A program made the translations under genes and the position numbers. 64,000 nucleotides of DNA from the NCBI GenBank assembly GCA_052325545.1, contig JBKQUP010000013.1, positions 7,692-71,691 of the forward strand. The letters run 5' to 3'. Position 1 is the stretch's first letter. Each line of letters begins with the position of its first letter. The notes beneath the pieces are model-generated. The model saw only the letters and a program-made list of their open reading frames with translations, made no database searches and was not told the origin of the DNA. Positions 53,414 to 61,182 of this stretch are shown piece by piece. This DNA comes from Thermoplasmata archaeon. Its GTDB lineage: Archaea > Thermoplasmatota > Thermoplasmata > Lutacidiplasmatales > UBA184.

Positions 53414-54136
53414 CTACGGTGGCAAGAGCGCTCGGACCGTCTCGACCAGGCGGTCGAGGACGTGGGCCTGGACGCGGGCTCCGAGCTCGGCGGAGGCGTT
53501 CCGCGTGTCCCCGATCACGCTGTCCGGCCAGTCCTTTTCGGTCGGGCTACCGGGGACGAACGGGCTGTGCCGGTACTCGACGACGGGGCGGGCCGGGCCC
53601 ACGGTCCCGGGAGCGAGCGCGATCATCCGAGACGTCTCGAGGAGACCCGCGTGACCGTCGTTGGGCGGTGACTCCTTCCCCCGGAGCTCGTACACGAAAT
53701 CGTAATCGCAGAGCACCACCACGCGGGTGTCGGGATGGGCCTGGACCGTGTGGTCGGCGGCCTCCCGCAGCGCCGCCATGTGCCCGCGCTCGCCGTGTCC
53801 CGAGAGCACCAGGATCCGTCGGACCCCCGAACGCGCGAGCTCGCTGAGGACTCCTTCGACGTGCCCTTCGAGCTGAGCGATGGAGAGCGAGACGGTACCG
53901 GGGAACCGTCGGGCGCCGGGCGCCGAACCGTACGGGACCGTGGGCGCCACGAGCCCATCGACACGCTCCGCCAGAGCGGCGGCGGTCACCTCGGCCTGGA
54001 TCTGGTCCGAGCCGAGGGGCAAGTGGGGGCCGTGCGCCTCCAGGGCACCGACGGGGACGATCACGAGCGGGTGGGAGGCGAGACGACGTTCGAACGAGCG
54101 GTAGTCCATCTCGAGAAGACGGCGGGAAGTGTCCAC
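53414..54136 (-). CDS. Creatininase family amidohydrolase (possibly ArfB-like formamide hydrolase)
   Basis: VPVGALEAHGPHLPLGSD, LSGHG and DGHAGLLETS are creatininase-family metal-site motifs. The specific substrate cannot be determined from the sequence. Confidence 0.75.
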   Translation of the reverse strand: MDTSRRLLEMDYRSFERRLASHPLVIVPVGALEAHGPHLPLGSDQIQAEVTAAALAERVDGLVAPTVPYGSAPGARRFPGTVSLSIAQLEGHVEGVLSELARSGVRRILVLSGHGERGHMAALREAADHTVQAHPDTRVVVLCDYDFVYELRGKESPPNDGHAGLLETSRMIALAPGTVGPARPVVEYRHSPFVPGSPTEKDWPDSVIGDTRNASAELGARVQAHVLDRLVETVRALLPP

Positions 54137-54265
54137 GTTCCGAAGGACGGGGCGAACGTATTTAACGCGGGCCGAGAGGTGAGGAAACGGTCGACCCTCC
54201 GGTCCGGGGGAGGGAGGCTCTTAGGGGGCGAGTGTCTACCGTTCGGCTTCAACGCCCCGACCGGG

Positions 54266-56863
54266 TCAGAGCGAGGACGAGGGCTCGTCGGTCGAGGGGC
54301 CGCTCGCGGTCGTGCCCGCTGACGGAGCGCGGCGAGGGCGTTTTCGCGCGGGCGCTGACCCCTCGCCCGGGACGCTCGGTTCGACCGAAGCCTTCGCGGC
54401 CGGGGTCGATGGGCTTGTCGCGTTCGGCCCCGGTCGCGCCTTTGGCTTCCGGGCCTTCCGGGCCGTCGCCGCTTTCTTCGCCTTCGCGGTCGAAGCTCGC
54501 TCGGCCTTCTCTTCGGTCCGAGCCGTGGCTCGAGCCGCTTTCTCCTCGGTCCGGGCCGTCGCTCGGGCCGCCTTCTCCTCGGCCTTCTGCAGCCGGGACG
54601 GGCACTCGGGGTTGATGCAGAGCGTCCACGGCGGACGGCCGGCCTCGATCGCGGTCACGACCGGAGCCCGACAGACAGGGCACGGAGGCTGGTCCTTCTC
54701 GAGCTTCCCGCGCTGGGGAAGTGGGTAGGTGACCCGACACGACGGGTAGCCGGAGCACCCGACGAACCGCTTGCCCGCGAACGAGTATCGGATCTGGAGC
54801 GGGCTCCCGCACGTCGGGCAGATCCCGATGCGGAACGCCTTGTGGTGCTCGGCGCACTCCGGGTTGACGCAGTAGAGGTCCGGTCGGACGCCGCGGAACG
54901 TGATCTTGACCCGGGGGACCTTGCAGGTCCCGCAGAGGAACTCGGGCGCCGGTTCGACGAACCCGGCCGAGGGGAGCGCGTAGGTCGCGGTACAGGAGGC
55001 CGGGTTGTTGACACACTGGACCCAGCGAGCTCCGCGGGGGCTCCGCGCGAGCCGGAGGGCTCCGCCGCATTTCGCGCACGGCCCGACGAAATGTTGGCGG
55101 TCGAGCGCTCCCGTCAGGGTCTCCTTCACTCCCGCGGTGTTCGCCGACAGAAGGGCGTACGCCTCGCGGAGCATCTCGCGGGATTCCTCCAAGACCTCCG
55201 CCTTCGGCTTCTTCGACTCCGCGACCAGCTCCATGTCCTCTTCGAGACGGTGGGTCATCTCCGGTCGCGTGATGACCGGGGCGTGGGCCTTCAGCGCCTC
55301 GGTGACCGCGATCCCCGTCGAGGTCGGTTCGAGCTGCCGTTGGTTCACGTAGTGGCGGTCGAACAGCTTCTGGAGGACGTCGTGCCGGGTGCTCTTCGTC
55401 CCGAGCCCGAGGCGTTCCATCTCTTGGATGAGGGAACCCTGCGAATAGCGACGGGGGGGCCGAGTTTGGTCCTCGAGGAGCTCCACCTTCGGGACCGCGA
55501 CCGTTTCGCCCACCACCAATCGCGGCATCGGGACCGTGTCCGGCTTCGAGTACGGATAGATTCGGTACCACCCGGGGTCGGTCAGGAACTGGCCCTTGCC
55601 CTCGAACCGCTCCCCGTGGATCTCCACGGCGGCGGTCCGTCCGATCCCGAGAGCGTCCGGAGCGAGCGTCGCGAGGAACCGGCGGACCACGAGCTCGTAG
55701 ACCGCCGCGTTGTCGGGGCGCAACTTCTTCGGGTCGACGGCGCCCGTCGGATAGATCGGCGGGTGGTCGGTCGTCTCGGTGCGGCCCCGGGTCGGCCGGA
55801 AGCTCGGCTGCTGGAGCACGAACTCGGCGGCTTCGGCGAACGGGCCCTCGCGGAACTTCTCGACCAGGGTCCTCAGTCCGAGCCCGCGCGGGTAGACGGT
55901 GTTGTCCGTCCGCGGGTAGCTGATGAGACCCTGGGTGTAGAGGTCCTCGGCGATCCGCATCACTCGTGCGGCGCCGAGTCCGAGGCGCGTCGCCTCGGCC
56001 ACGAAGAGCGTGGTGGAGAACGGGACGGGAGGCCGGCGCCGGGTCTCCTCCTCCGCGAACTCCCGGACGACCCCGCTCTTGGCGTGAGCGACGAGGCGGA
56101 AGACCCGGTCCGCGTCGACCTTCTTCTCGAAGATCCCGTGATGGTGATGCAGCCGGAACTCCTCGCCGCCCTTCTCCCCGGTGGCGACGATCTCCCAGAA
56201 CGGGGCGGGAACGAACTCCTTGATCGCCTGGTCCCGCTCGACCAGGAGCGCGAGCGTGGGGGTCTGCACCCGGCCGACGGAGAGGAAGCTCTTGCCGCGT
56301 TGCTGCGCCGTGAGGGAGAGGTAGCGAGTCAGGAGGGCGCCCCAGACGAGGTCGATCTCCTGGCGTGACTCGGCCGCCTCGGCGAGCGCGCGGTCGAGCT
56401 CTTCGAGGTGCGCGAAGCTCGTCTCGATCGCGTCGCGGGTGAGCGCGCTATACCGCGCCCGCTTCACCTCGATCCCGGGATGGACCCGCTGCAGGAGCTC
56501 GAGGCATTCGAGCCCGATGAGCTCGCCTTCGCGGTCGAAGTCGGTCGCGATGATGACGCGGTCGAACTCGCGGACGATCGACTGCAGCGCGGCGACGATC
56601 CCCGTCTCGGTCACGCGTTTCAGCGGCCGGGTCTCGAGGAGCTTCGGAAGACCGGCGAGCGTCCACTCGGAGAACTCCTTCGGGTAGTCGAGCTCGACGA
56701 TGTGGCCGCGCAGCCCGACGACCGCGTAGTGACCGTCCGGTCGGTCGAACCGGAAGACGTTCGTCCCTTCGAGGCGGGCGCGTTTCATCCGCCCGTCCGA
56801 GAGCACGATGGCGATCCGGAGGGCGGTGTTGAACTTCTCGGCCACGACGAGAGTGCGGACCAC
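54266..56863 (-). CDS. topA: DNA topoisomerase I (type IA) with C-terminal zinc ribbons and a basic repeat tail
   Basis: The TOPRIM domain is VVAEKFNTA..IIATDFDREGELIG. The active-site Tyr context is LISYPRTDN. Several CxxC..CxxC ribbons are present. The C-terminal tail is rich in K, A, R, P, S, T and E. The start is GTG at 56863. Confidence 0.9.
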   Translation of the reverse strand: MVRTLVVAEKFNTALRIAIVLSDGRMKRARLEGTNVFRFDRPDGHYAVVGLRGHIVELDYPKEFSEWTLAGLPKLLETRPLKRVTETGIVAALQSIVREFDRVIIATDFDREGELIGLECLELLQRVHPGIEVKRARYSALTRDAIETSFAHLEELDRALAEAAESRQEIDLVWGALLTRYLSLTAQQRGKSFLSVGRVQTPTLALLVERDQAIKEFVPAPFWEIVATGEKGGEEFRLHHHHGIFEKKVDADRVFRLVAHAKSGVVREFAEEETRRRPPVPFSTTLFVAEATRLGLGAARVMRIAEDLYTQGLISYPRTDNTVYPRGLGLRTLVEKFREGPFAEAAEFVLQQPSFRPTRGRTETTDHPPIYPTGAVDPKKLRPDNAAVYELVVRRFLATLAPDALGIGRTAAVEIHGERFEGKGQFLTDPGWYRIYPYSKPDTVPMPRLVVGETVAVPKVELLEDQTRPPRRYSQGSLIQEMERLGLGTKSTRHDVLQKLFDRHYVNQRQLEPTSTGIAVTEALKAHAPVITRPEMTHRLEEDMELVAESKKPKAEVLEESREMLREAYALLSANTAGVKETLTGALDRQHFVGPCAKCGGALRLARSPRGARWVQCVNNPASCTATYALPSAGFVEPAPEFLCGTCKVPRVKITFRGVRPDLYCVNPECAEHHKAFRIGICPTCGSPLQIRYSFAGKRFVGCSGYPSCRVTYPLPQRGKLEKDQPPCPVCRAPVVTAIEAGRPPWTLCINPECPSRLQKAEEKAARATARTEEKAARATARTEEKAERASTAKAKKAATARKARKPKARPGPNATSPSTPAAKASVEPSVPGEGSAPARKRPRRAPSAGTTASGPSTDEPSSSL
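54505..54584 (-). repeat. Imperfect 33-bp tandem repeat (2.4 copies) inside the topA 3' region
   Basis: The plus-strand units are ccttctcttcggtccgagccgtggctcgagccg, ctttctcctcggtccgggccgtcgctcgggccg and ccttctcctcggcc. They encode EEKAARATART / EEKAARATART / EEKAE. Confidence 0.8.
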
Positions 56864-56890
56864 GGCCCGGTTCAGAGGCCGGGCGCCGTA

Positions 56891-56896
56891 GATAAA
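56891..56896 (-). promoter_or_regulatory. TATA-like box for topA (probable leaderless transcript)
   Basis: The minus strand reads TGAATTTATCTAC. The box centre lies about 30 nt upstream of the GTG at 56863. Confidence 0.45.
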
Positions 56897-57018
56897 TTCA
56901 GGGGGCCGGCGACGGCGGTCGACCGCTTCGAACGTGAGCGCGCGCGTTCGACCGGGGGGAAAAACTCCGACGAGCGCCGCCGACGGCCCGGCGGTGCGTT
57001 GCGACCGCCCTCCGACTC

Positions 57019-57024
57019 TTTATA
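57019..57024 (+). promoter_or_regulatory. TATA box for tRNA-Phe
   Basis: CTCTTTATAGGG is present. The TTTATA centre lies about 30 nt upstream of the tRNA 5' end at 57051. Confidence 0.55.
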
Positions 57025-57050
57025 GGGCCCGGCCGGTCGGGGCGACCGGC

Positions 57051-57124
57051 GCCGCGGTAACTCAGTTTGGGAGAGTGCAAGACTGAAGATCTTGAAGCCG
57101 CCGGTTCAAGCCCGGCCCGCGGCA
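57051..57124 (+). tRNA. tRNA-Phe (anticodon GAA)
   Basis: The cloverleaf is GCCGCGG TA ACTC AGTTTGGGA GAGT G CAAGA CTGAAGA TCTTG AAGCC GCCGG TTCAAGC CCGGC CCGCGGC A. The length is 74 nt and there is no encoded CCA. Confidence 0.9.
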
Positions 57125-57152
57125 TCCCTTCCCCTCAGGTCGAGGTAGGACG

Positions 57153-57698
57153 ATGGAGCGACGGTTTACACGTTTTCGTCGAGGACCGCTCACCGAATAC
57201 CCGGGTGCCTCCGAGGTCCCGGACAACGGCATGTGCCTCTCGGTCTTTCTCGTTCTCGAGCCGCCGGACCGGGACGGGGCCGTTCTCATGGGCCGGGTCG
57301 ACCCGGGCGCGCCGTGGGGGGAAATCGGCGCCATACCCCCGGCGTTGCTCGCGACGATCGGAGACCGCTGGATGCTGCCGTCGAGTCAACTGCTGGTGTT
57401 CGAGTCGCCGGCGGAAGCCTGTCGGCGGATCCTAAAGGAGCAGCTCGGCTCGGGACCCCTGCCCCTCACAGGTCCTTTCGCCTTCTCCGACCCCTCGGTG
57501 CGGCCCGGCTCCCCCGGGCGCGACCCTCACTGGGATTTCCATTTCGTGTACCGCGGACGGTGGAGCTCCTCCGCCGCTCCCCAGGCCCCCGCGTGGAGGC
57601 ATCTCGAGTTCGTGGAGGTCGCTCGGACCGGCCGCGCGGCGATCGCCCGGAGCCAGGGGGACGTGCTCGAGCTCATCGGCCTCCTGCCGAAGGACTGA
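57153..57698 (+). CDS. NUDIX-fold-like protein with a degenerate Nudix box
   Basis: CLSVFLVL..GAVLMGR..W.LPSSQLLVFESPAEACRRILKEQLG resembles G-x5-E-x7-REUxEExGU, but with RR for RE and KEQ for EEx. Confidence 0.4.
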   Translation: MERRFTRFRRGPLTEYPGASEVPDNGMCLSVFLVLEPPDRDGAVLMGRVDPGAPWGEIGAIPPALLATIGDRWMLPSSQLLVFESPAEACRRILKEQLGSGPLPLTGPFAFSDPSVRPGSPGRDPHWDFHFVYRGRWSSSAAPQAPAWRHLEFVEVARTGRAAIARSQGDVLELIGLLPKD

Positions 57699-57732
57699 CC
57701 GGGACGGAGAGCCCGCGCGGCCGGCGGACGGG

Positions 57733-58260
57733 CTACTTGGACGGGACGAACCAGACGTCCGTGATCGAGTACTTCGGGTTCGGGTCGAAGCGGGCCTCGA
57801 TCGGCATGCCGACGTAGAGGTCCGACTCGACGCAGTCCCGGAGACGGACGAGCAGCAGGCTCCCGACCCCGTCGAACTCGACGAGGGCGAGGTTGTACGG
57901 GGTCTCCTTCAGGAACACTTCGCCCGCGAAGTGACACGTCGTCCAGGAGTGGACCCGGCCCTTCGTGGGGAGGTCGACCCATTCCGTCGGAGCGCCGCAG
58001 ACCATGCAGTGGCTCCGCGGCGTCCCGTAGACGAAGCCGCACTTCGGTCGGCGGCACTTCGAACCGCGGAGGCGCCCCTCGGCGAGCCCGAGGAAGAACG
58101 GAGAGTCCTCGGCGTAGCTGTGGATGTAGGTGATGGTGTACGGGTTCCGGATGATGAGGCTCTCGACGCCGTCGGCGTCCCGGAAGATGGCCGCGCCGCT
58201 CTGCTCGAGCTCGGCCTGGACATCGCGGAACTTCGAAAAGCTACGGGGGCGCGCGCTCAT
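57733..58260 (-). CDS. DUF35 family Zn-ribbon/OB-fold protein (thiolase/HMG-CoA synthase partner type)
   Basis: Only the last 175 aa of track ORF 57733..58896 are real. Features are FFLGLAEGRLRGSKCRRPKCGFVYGTPRSHCMVCGA (rubredoxin-like C-x4-C..C-x2-C) and an OB fold (GRVHSWTT..YNLALVEFDG..L.RL). The ATG at 58260 overlaps the thiolase stop as ATGA. Confidence 0.8.
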   Translation of the reverse strand: MSARPRSFSKFRDVQAELEQSGAAIFRDADGVESLIIRNPYTITYIHSYAEDSPFFLGLAEGRLRGSKCRRPKCGFVYGTPRSHCMVCGAPTEWVDLPTKGRVHSWTTCHFAGEVFLKETPYNLALVEFDGVGSLLLVRLRDCVESDLYVGMPIEARFDPNPKYSITDVWFVPSK

Positions 58261-59720
58261 CGGAACCCCCGCTCGAGGATTGAGACGGTCACGGCCGACC
58301 CCGTCCCCGCGTGGCTGTGGATCGCGCCGCGCCGGGGGTTCGGCAGTTGCAGCGTCGGGTCCCCGAAGTGCTTCGGGATCGTTCCCTGAAGCTGCCAGAA
58401 CGCGAAGACCGCCTGCATGAGGCCGGTCGCCCCGACCGGGTGGCCACAGGCGATGAGGCCGCCGGAGGGATTGACGGGGCTGGCACCGGCCCGGGGGACC
58501 GGGAAGCCGTAGTCGATCCCCTTCAGGAACGGGTCTCCCCGCTCGACGAACGCGTACCCTTCGCCGTACCGGCAGAGCCCGAGGTCCTCGTAGGTCTGGA
58601 TCTCGCTCGACGCGTAGGCGTCGTGGAGCTCGATGAAGGAGAGCTCCGTGGTCGGCTTGGTGATCCCGGCCATCCGGTACGCCTCGATCCCCGCGGTGCG
58701 GCCGGCGCGGAAGGAGTGGACTCCGGGGTAGGGGAGGTTCTCGTACCCCTTCGCCTTCTCGTGGGGAAGGAGCGGGACGCGGCCGAACGGTCGGTCGGAG
58801 AGACGCATCGTGTCGGTGCCGCAGCCCACGCCCGTGACCTGCACGGGCTTGTCCGTGAACTCCTTCGCCCGCGCCTCGTCGCATAGGATGACGCACGCCG
58901 CTCCGTCGCTCATCGTGCAGATCTGCTCGCGCGTGAGCGGGTAGCTGATCATCTCCGAGTTGAGGACCTCCTCGACCGTGAGGCGCTTCGGGTACTGCGC
59001 GTACGGGTTGTGGAGGGCGTTGCGGTGGTTCTTCACCGAGACGAGGCTCATGATGCGGCTCCCCTCGGCGATCGCGAGGCGCTGGGCCTCGCGCTCATCG
59101 CGGACGTTCGCGAACTTGCCGAGCCGCAGGTACTCGTAGATGTGGCGCATGACCATGAGCGCGTAGTAGCCGGTGTAGAACCCGCCGAGCGGAAAGTCGA
59201 AGTTCGTGTCGGAGGCGAGCGCGATGAACTCGTTCCCCTTCCAGGTGTTGACCCGGCTCATCGTCTCGAAGCCGGCCGCGAGGCAGACGTCCATCCGTCC
59301 GCTGGCGACCGCTTCGTACGCGGCCTGGACGCATTCCCCGCCGGTGGCCCCGCCCCACTCGATCCGGACCGACCCCTTCGGGTTCAGGCCGAGGTAGTCC
59401 TGGACCATGCTCGCGGCCTTGAGCTGCCGGGCGAAGTGGTCCGAGAAGTAGGAGATCCGGGTCCCGTCGATCCGGTCCGGCGTGAGGTTCGGGACCCCCT
59501 TGAGAGCGTAATCGTACGCCCGCTTGACCATCAGCCGGAAGTCCATCGCCGGGTGGGCCTTCGCGAACTTCGTGACCCCGCCGGTGACGATGTAGACGCG
59601 CCGCCCTCGGGCGGGGGACGTCCGGGCTCGGGTCGGTCGGGGCGGGGGGCTCTTCGAACTCTTCTTCGAGCGGACGGGCACAGGAACTCCCTCGTCCCGC
59701 GCCAGTCGGGTCACCTTCAT
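58257..59720 (-). CDS. Thiolase (acetyl-CoA acetyltransferase-like, archaeal type) with a basic N-terminal extension
   Basis: VYIVTGGVTKFAK.., the thiolase-like core, and the C-terminal GGLIACGHPVGATGL are present. The first roughly 40 aa ([41 protein letters not shown]) are atypical and may not all be translated. Confidence 0.8.
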   Translation of the reverse strand: MKVTRLARDEGVPVPVRSKKSSKSPPPRPTRARTSPARGRRVYIVTGGVTKFAKAHPAMDFRLMVKRAYDYALKGVPNLTPDRIDGTRISYFSDHFARQLKAASMVQDYLGLNPKGSVRIEWGGATGGECVQAAYEAVASGRMDVCLAAGFETMSRVNTWKGNEFIALASDTNFDFPLGGFYTGYYALMVMRHIYEYLRLGKFANVRDEREAQRLAIAEGSRIMSLVSVKNHRNALHNPYAQYPKRLTVEEVLNSEMISYPLTREQICTMSDGAACVILCDEARAKEFTDKPVQVTGVGCGTDTMRLSDRPFGRVPLLPHEKAKGYENLPYPGVHSFRAGRTAGIEAYRMAGITKPTTELSFIELHDAYASSEIQTYEDLGLCRYGEGYAFVERGDPFLKGIDYGFPVPRAGASPVNPSGGLIACGHPVGATGLMQAVFAFWQLQGTIPKHFGDPTLQLPNPRRGAIHSHAGTGSAVTVSILERGFR

Positions 59721-59761
59721 AACCTTCGCATGGCGCCCCGCGGGGCGCGGTCCCAGAACCG

Positions 59762-59767
59762 TTTAAC
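59762..59767. promoter_or_regulatory. TATA-like element in the divergent thiolase/argF intergenic region
   Basis: GTTTAACG is present. Its centre lies about 27 nt upstream of the argF ATG at 59791 and about 45 nt upstream of the thiolase ATG at 59720 on the other strand. Confidence 0.4.
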
Positions 59768-59790
59768 GCGGGCGGACGGTGCTCCTTTCG

Positions 59791-60753
59791 ATGGCGCCTC
59801 ACCCAGCACCGAAGGACCTACTCTCGATCTCCGACCTGGCCGAGGACCTGGACCGGGTCCTGGTCCGTGCCTCGGCCCTGAAGGCCGAGCGCGCCCGGGG
59901 GGTCCTCAAGCCGACGCTCGCGGGGAAGAACCTGGCGATGATCTTCGAGAAACCGTCGACGCGCACGCGCACCTCGTTCGAGGTGGCGATGAACGACCTC
60001 GGCGGTCACCCCCTCTACCTCTCCTCGAAGGACCTCCAGCTCGGGCGCGGTGAGACGATCGCCGACACGGCCCACGTGCTCTCCCGGTACGTGGATGCGG
60101 TCTGCTACCGGGCGTTCCGGCACGCCGACATGCTCGAGCTCGCCCGCTGGGCGACGGTCCCGGTCATCAACGCGCTCGACGATGTGGAGCACCCCTGCCA
60201 GATCACCGCGGACCTGCTCACGATGCGGGAACGCTGGGCCGGCCGGTTCTCGCATCACCGCCTGGCGTGGGTCGGGGACGGCAACAATGTCCTCCACTCC
60301 CTCCTGCTCGGGGCGGCCGCGGTGGGCCTCGACCTATCGGTCGCGACGCCGGCGGGATATCGGCCCCAGCCCGAGTACGTCCGGGCCGCGGAGGTGCTGG
60401 CCCGGCAGTCGAAGGCAGCGCTCTCGTTCACGAACGACCCCAAGGAGGCGGTCCGGGGCGCCGACGCCATCTACACCGACGTTTGGGTATCGATGGGCGA
60501 CGAGGCCGAGACCGCGGCCCGGGAGGCGGCGTTCCACGGCTTCCAGGTGAACGACGCGCTCGTCGAGCTCGCGAAGCCGTCGGCGTTCGTTCTCCACGAC
60601 CTGCCCGCGCACCGCGGCCAAGAGATCACCGACTCGGTCCTCGACGGACCCCAGGCCGCCGTGTGGGACCAGGCCGAGAACCGGCTGCACGCCCAGAAGG
60701 CGATCCTCGAGCATCTTCTCCTTCCCCGGGGCAAGCCCCGGCGCTCGAAGTGA
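59791..60753 (+). CDS. argF: Ornithine carbamoyltransferase (transcarbamylase family)
   Basis: STRTR, HPCQ and DVWVSMG (the OTC-type motif) are present, along with the C-terminal AENRLHAQKA. The usual HCLP motif reads HDLP here. The start was chosen at ATG 59791. The track ORF starts at GTG 59779. Confidence 0.85.
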   Translation: MAPHPAPKDLLSISDLAEDLDRVLVRASALKAERARGVLKPTLAGKNLAMIFEKPSTRTRTSFEVAMNDLGGHPLYLSSKDLQLGRGETIADTAHVLSRYVDAVCYRAFRHADMLELARWATVPVINALDDVEHPCQITADLLTMRERWAGRFSHHRLAWVGDGNNVLHSLLLGAAAVGLDLSVATPAGYRPQPEYVRAAEVLARQSKAALSFTNDPKEAVRGADAIYTDVWVSMGDEAETAAREAAFHGFQVNDALVELAKPSAFVLHDLPAHRGQEITDSVLDGPQAAVWDQAENRLHAQKAILEHLLLPRGKPRRSK

Positions 60754-60780
60754 GCGTCGCCGGGAGACCGGATCCGGTCC

Positions 60781-61182
60781 GTGGCCGCCTACTCCCATCG
60801 GGACCGCCGGGCGCACCGGGACGTGCGCCGGGCGCTCTGGACGATGGTCGCCGCGGTCGCGGCCCTGGCCGGCGTTGGGTTTGAAGTACGGGTTCCGTTC
60901 CTCGGGCTCGCGTCGGTCGTGGCCCTCGGCGTCCTCGGGGCGGCGTACCTCGGCTGGTCCGAAGGGATGCTCTCGAGCTACTCGAACGACCTGCGGCTCG
61001 CTCGGGAAGGCCGAGAAACGGACGGCTTCATCCGGGCCGAGGTCGGGTCGCCGGTCGGATTCGAACGGGAAGTCGGTCGTCCGACCGCGGTCTCTCCCCA
61101 CGCCCGGCGGCGGTACCCCGGGACGTCCACCGAGGAGGACGAGCCGCCGCTCCCGCACGGGTCGGACGCGGATCAGGACTGA
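60781..61182 (+). CDS. Hypothetical protein with two TM helices
   Basis: ALWTMVAAVAALAGVGF and FLGLASVVALGVLGAAYLGW are hydrophobic helices. The start is GTG. No family was recognised. Confidence 0.35.
   Translation: MAAYSHRDRRAHRDVRRALWTMVAAVAALAGVGFEVRVPFLGLASVVALGVLGAAYLGWSEGMLSSYSNDLRLAREGRETDGFIRAEVGSPVGFEREVGRPTAVSPHARRRYPGTSTEEDEPPLPHGSDADQD

Noticed and set aside
54505-54584. 33-bp tandem repeats as a possible CRISPR or minisatellite
   Set aside because: The units are directly adjacent with no spacers. They lie in frame inside the topA coding sequence and encode an 11-aa peptide repeat.
57733-58896. A 387-aa ORF fused upstream of the DUF35 protein
   Set aside because: Only the last 175 aa are DUF35-like. 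The upstream part overlaps the thiolase gene out of frame and is low-complexity.
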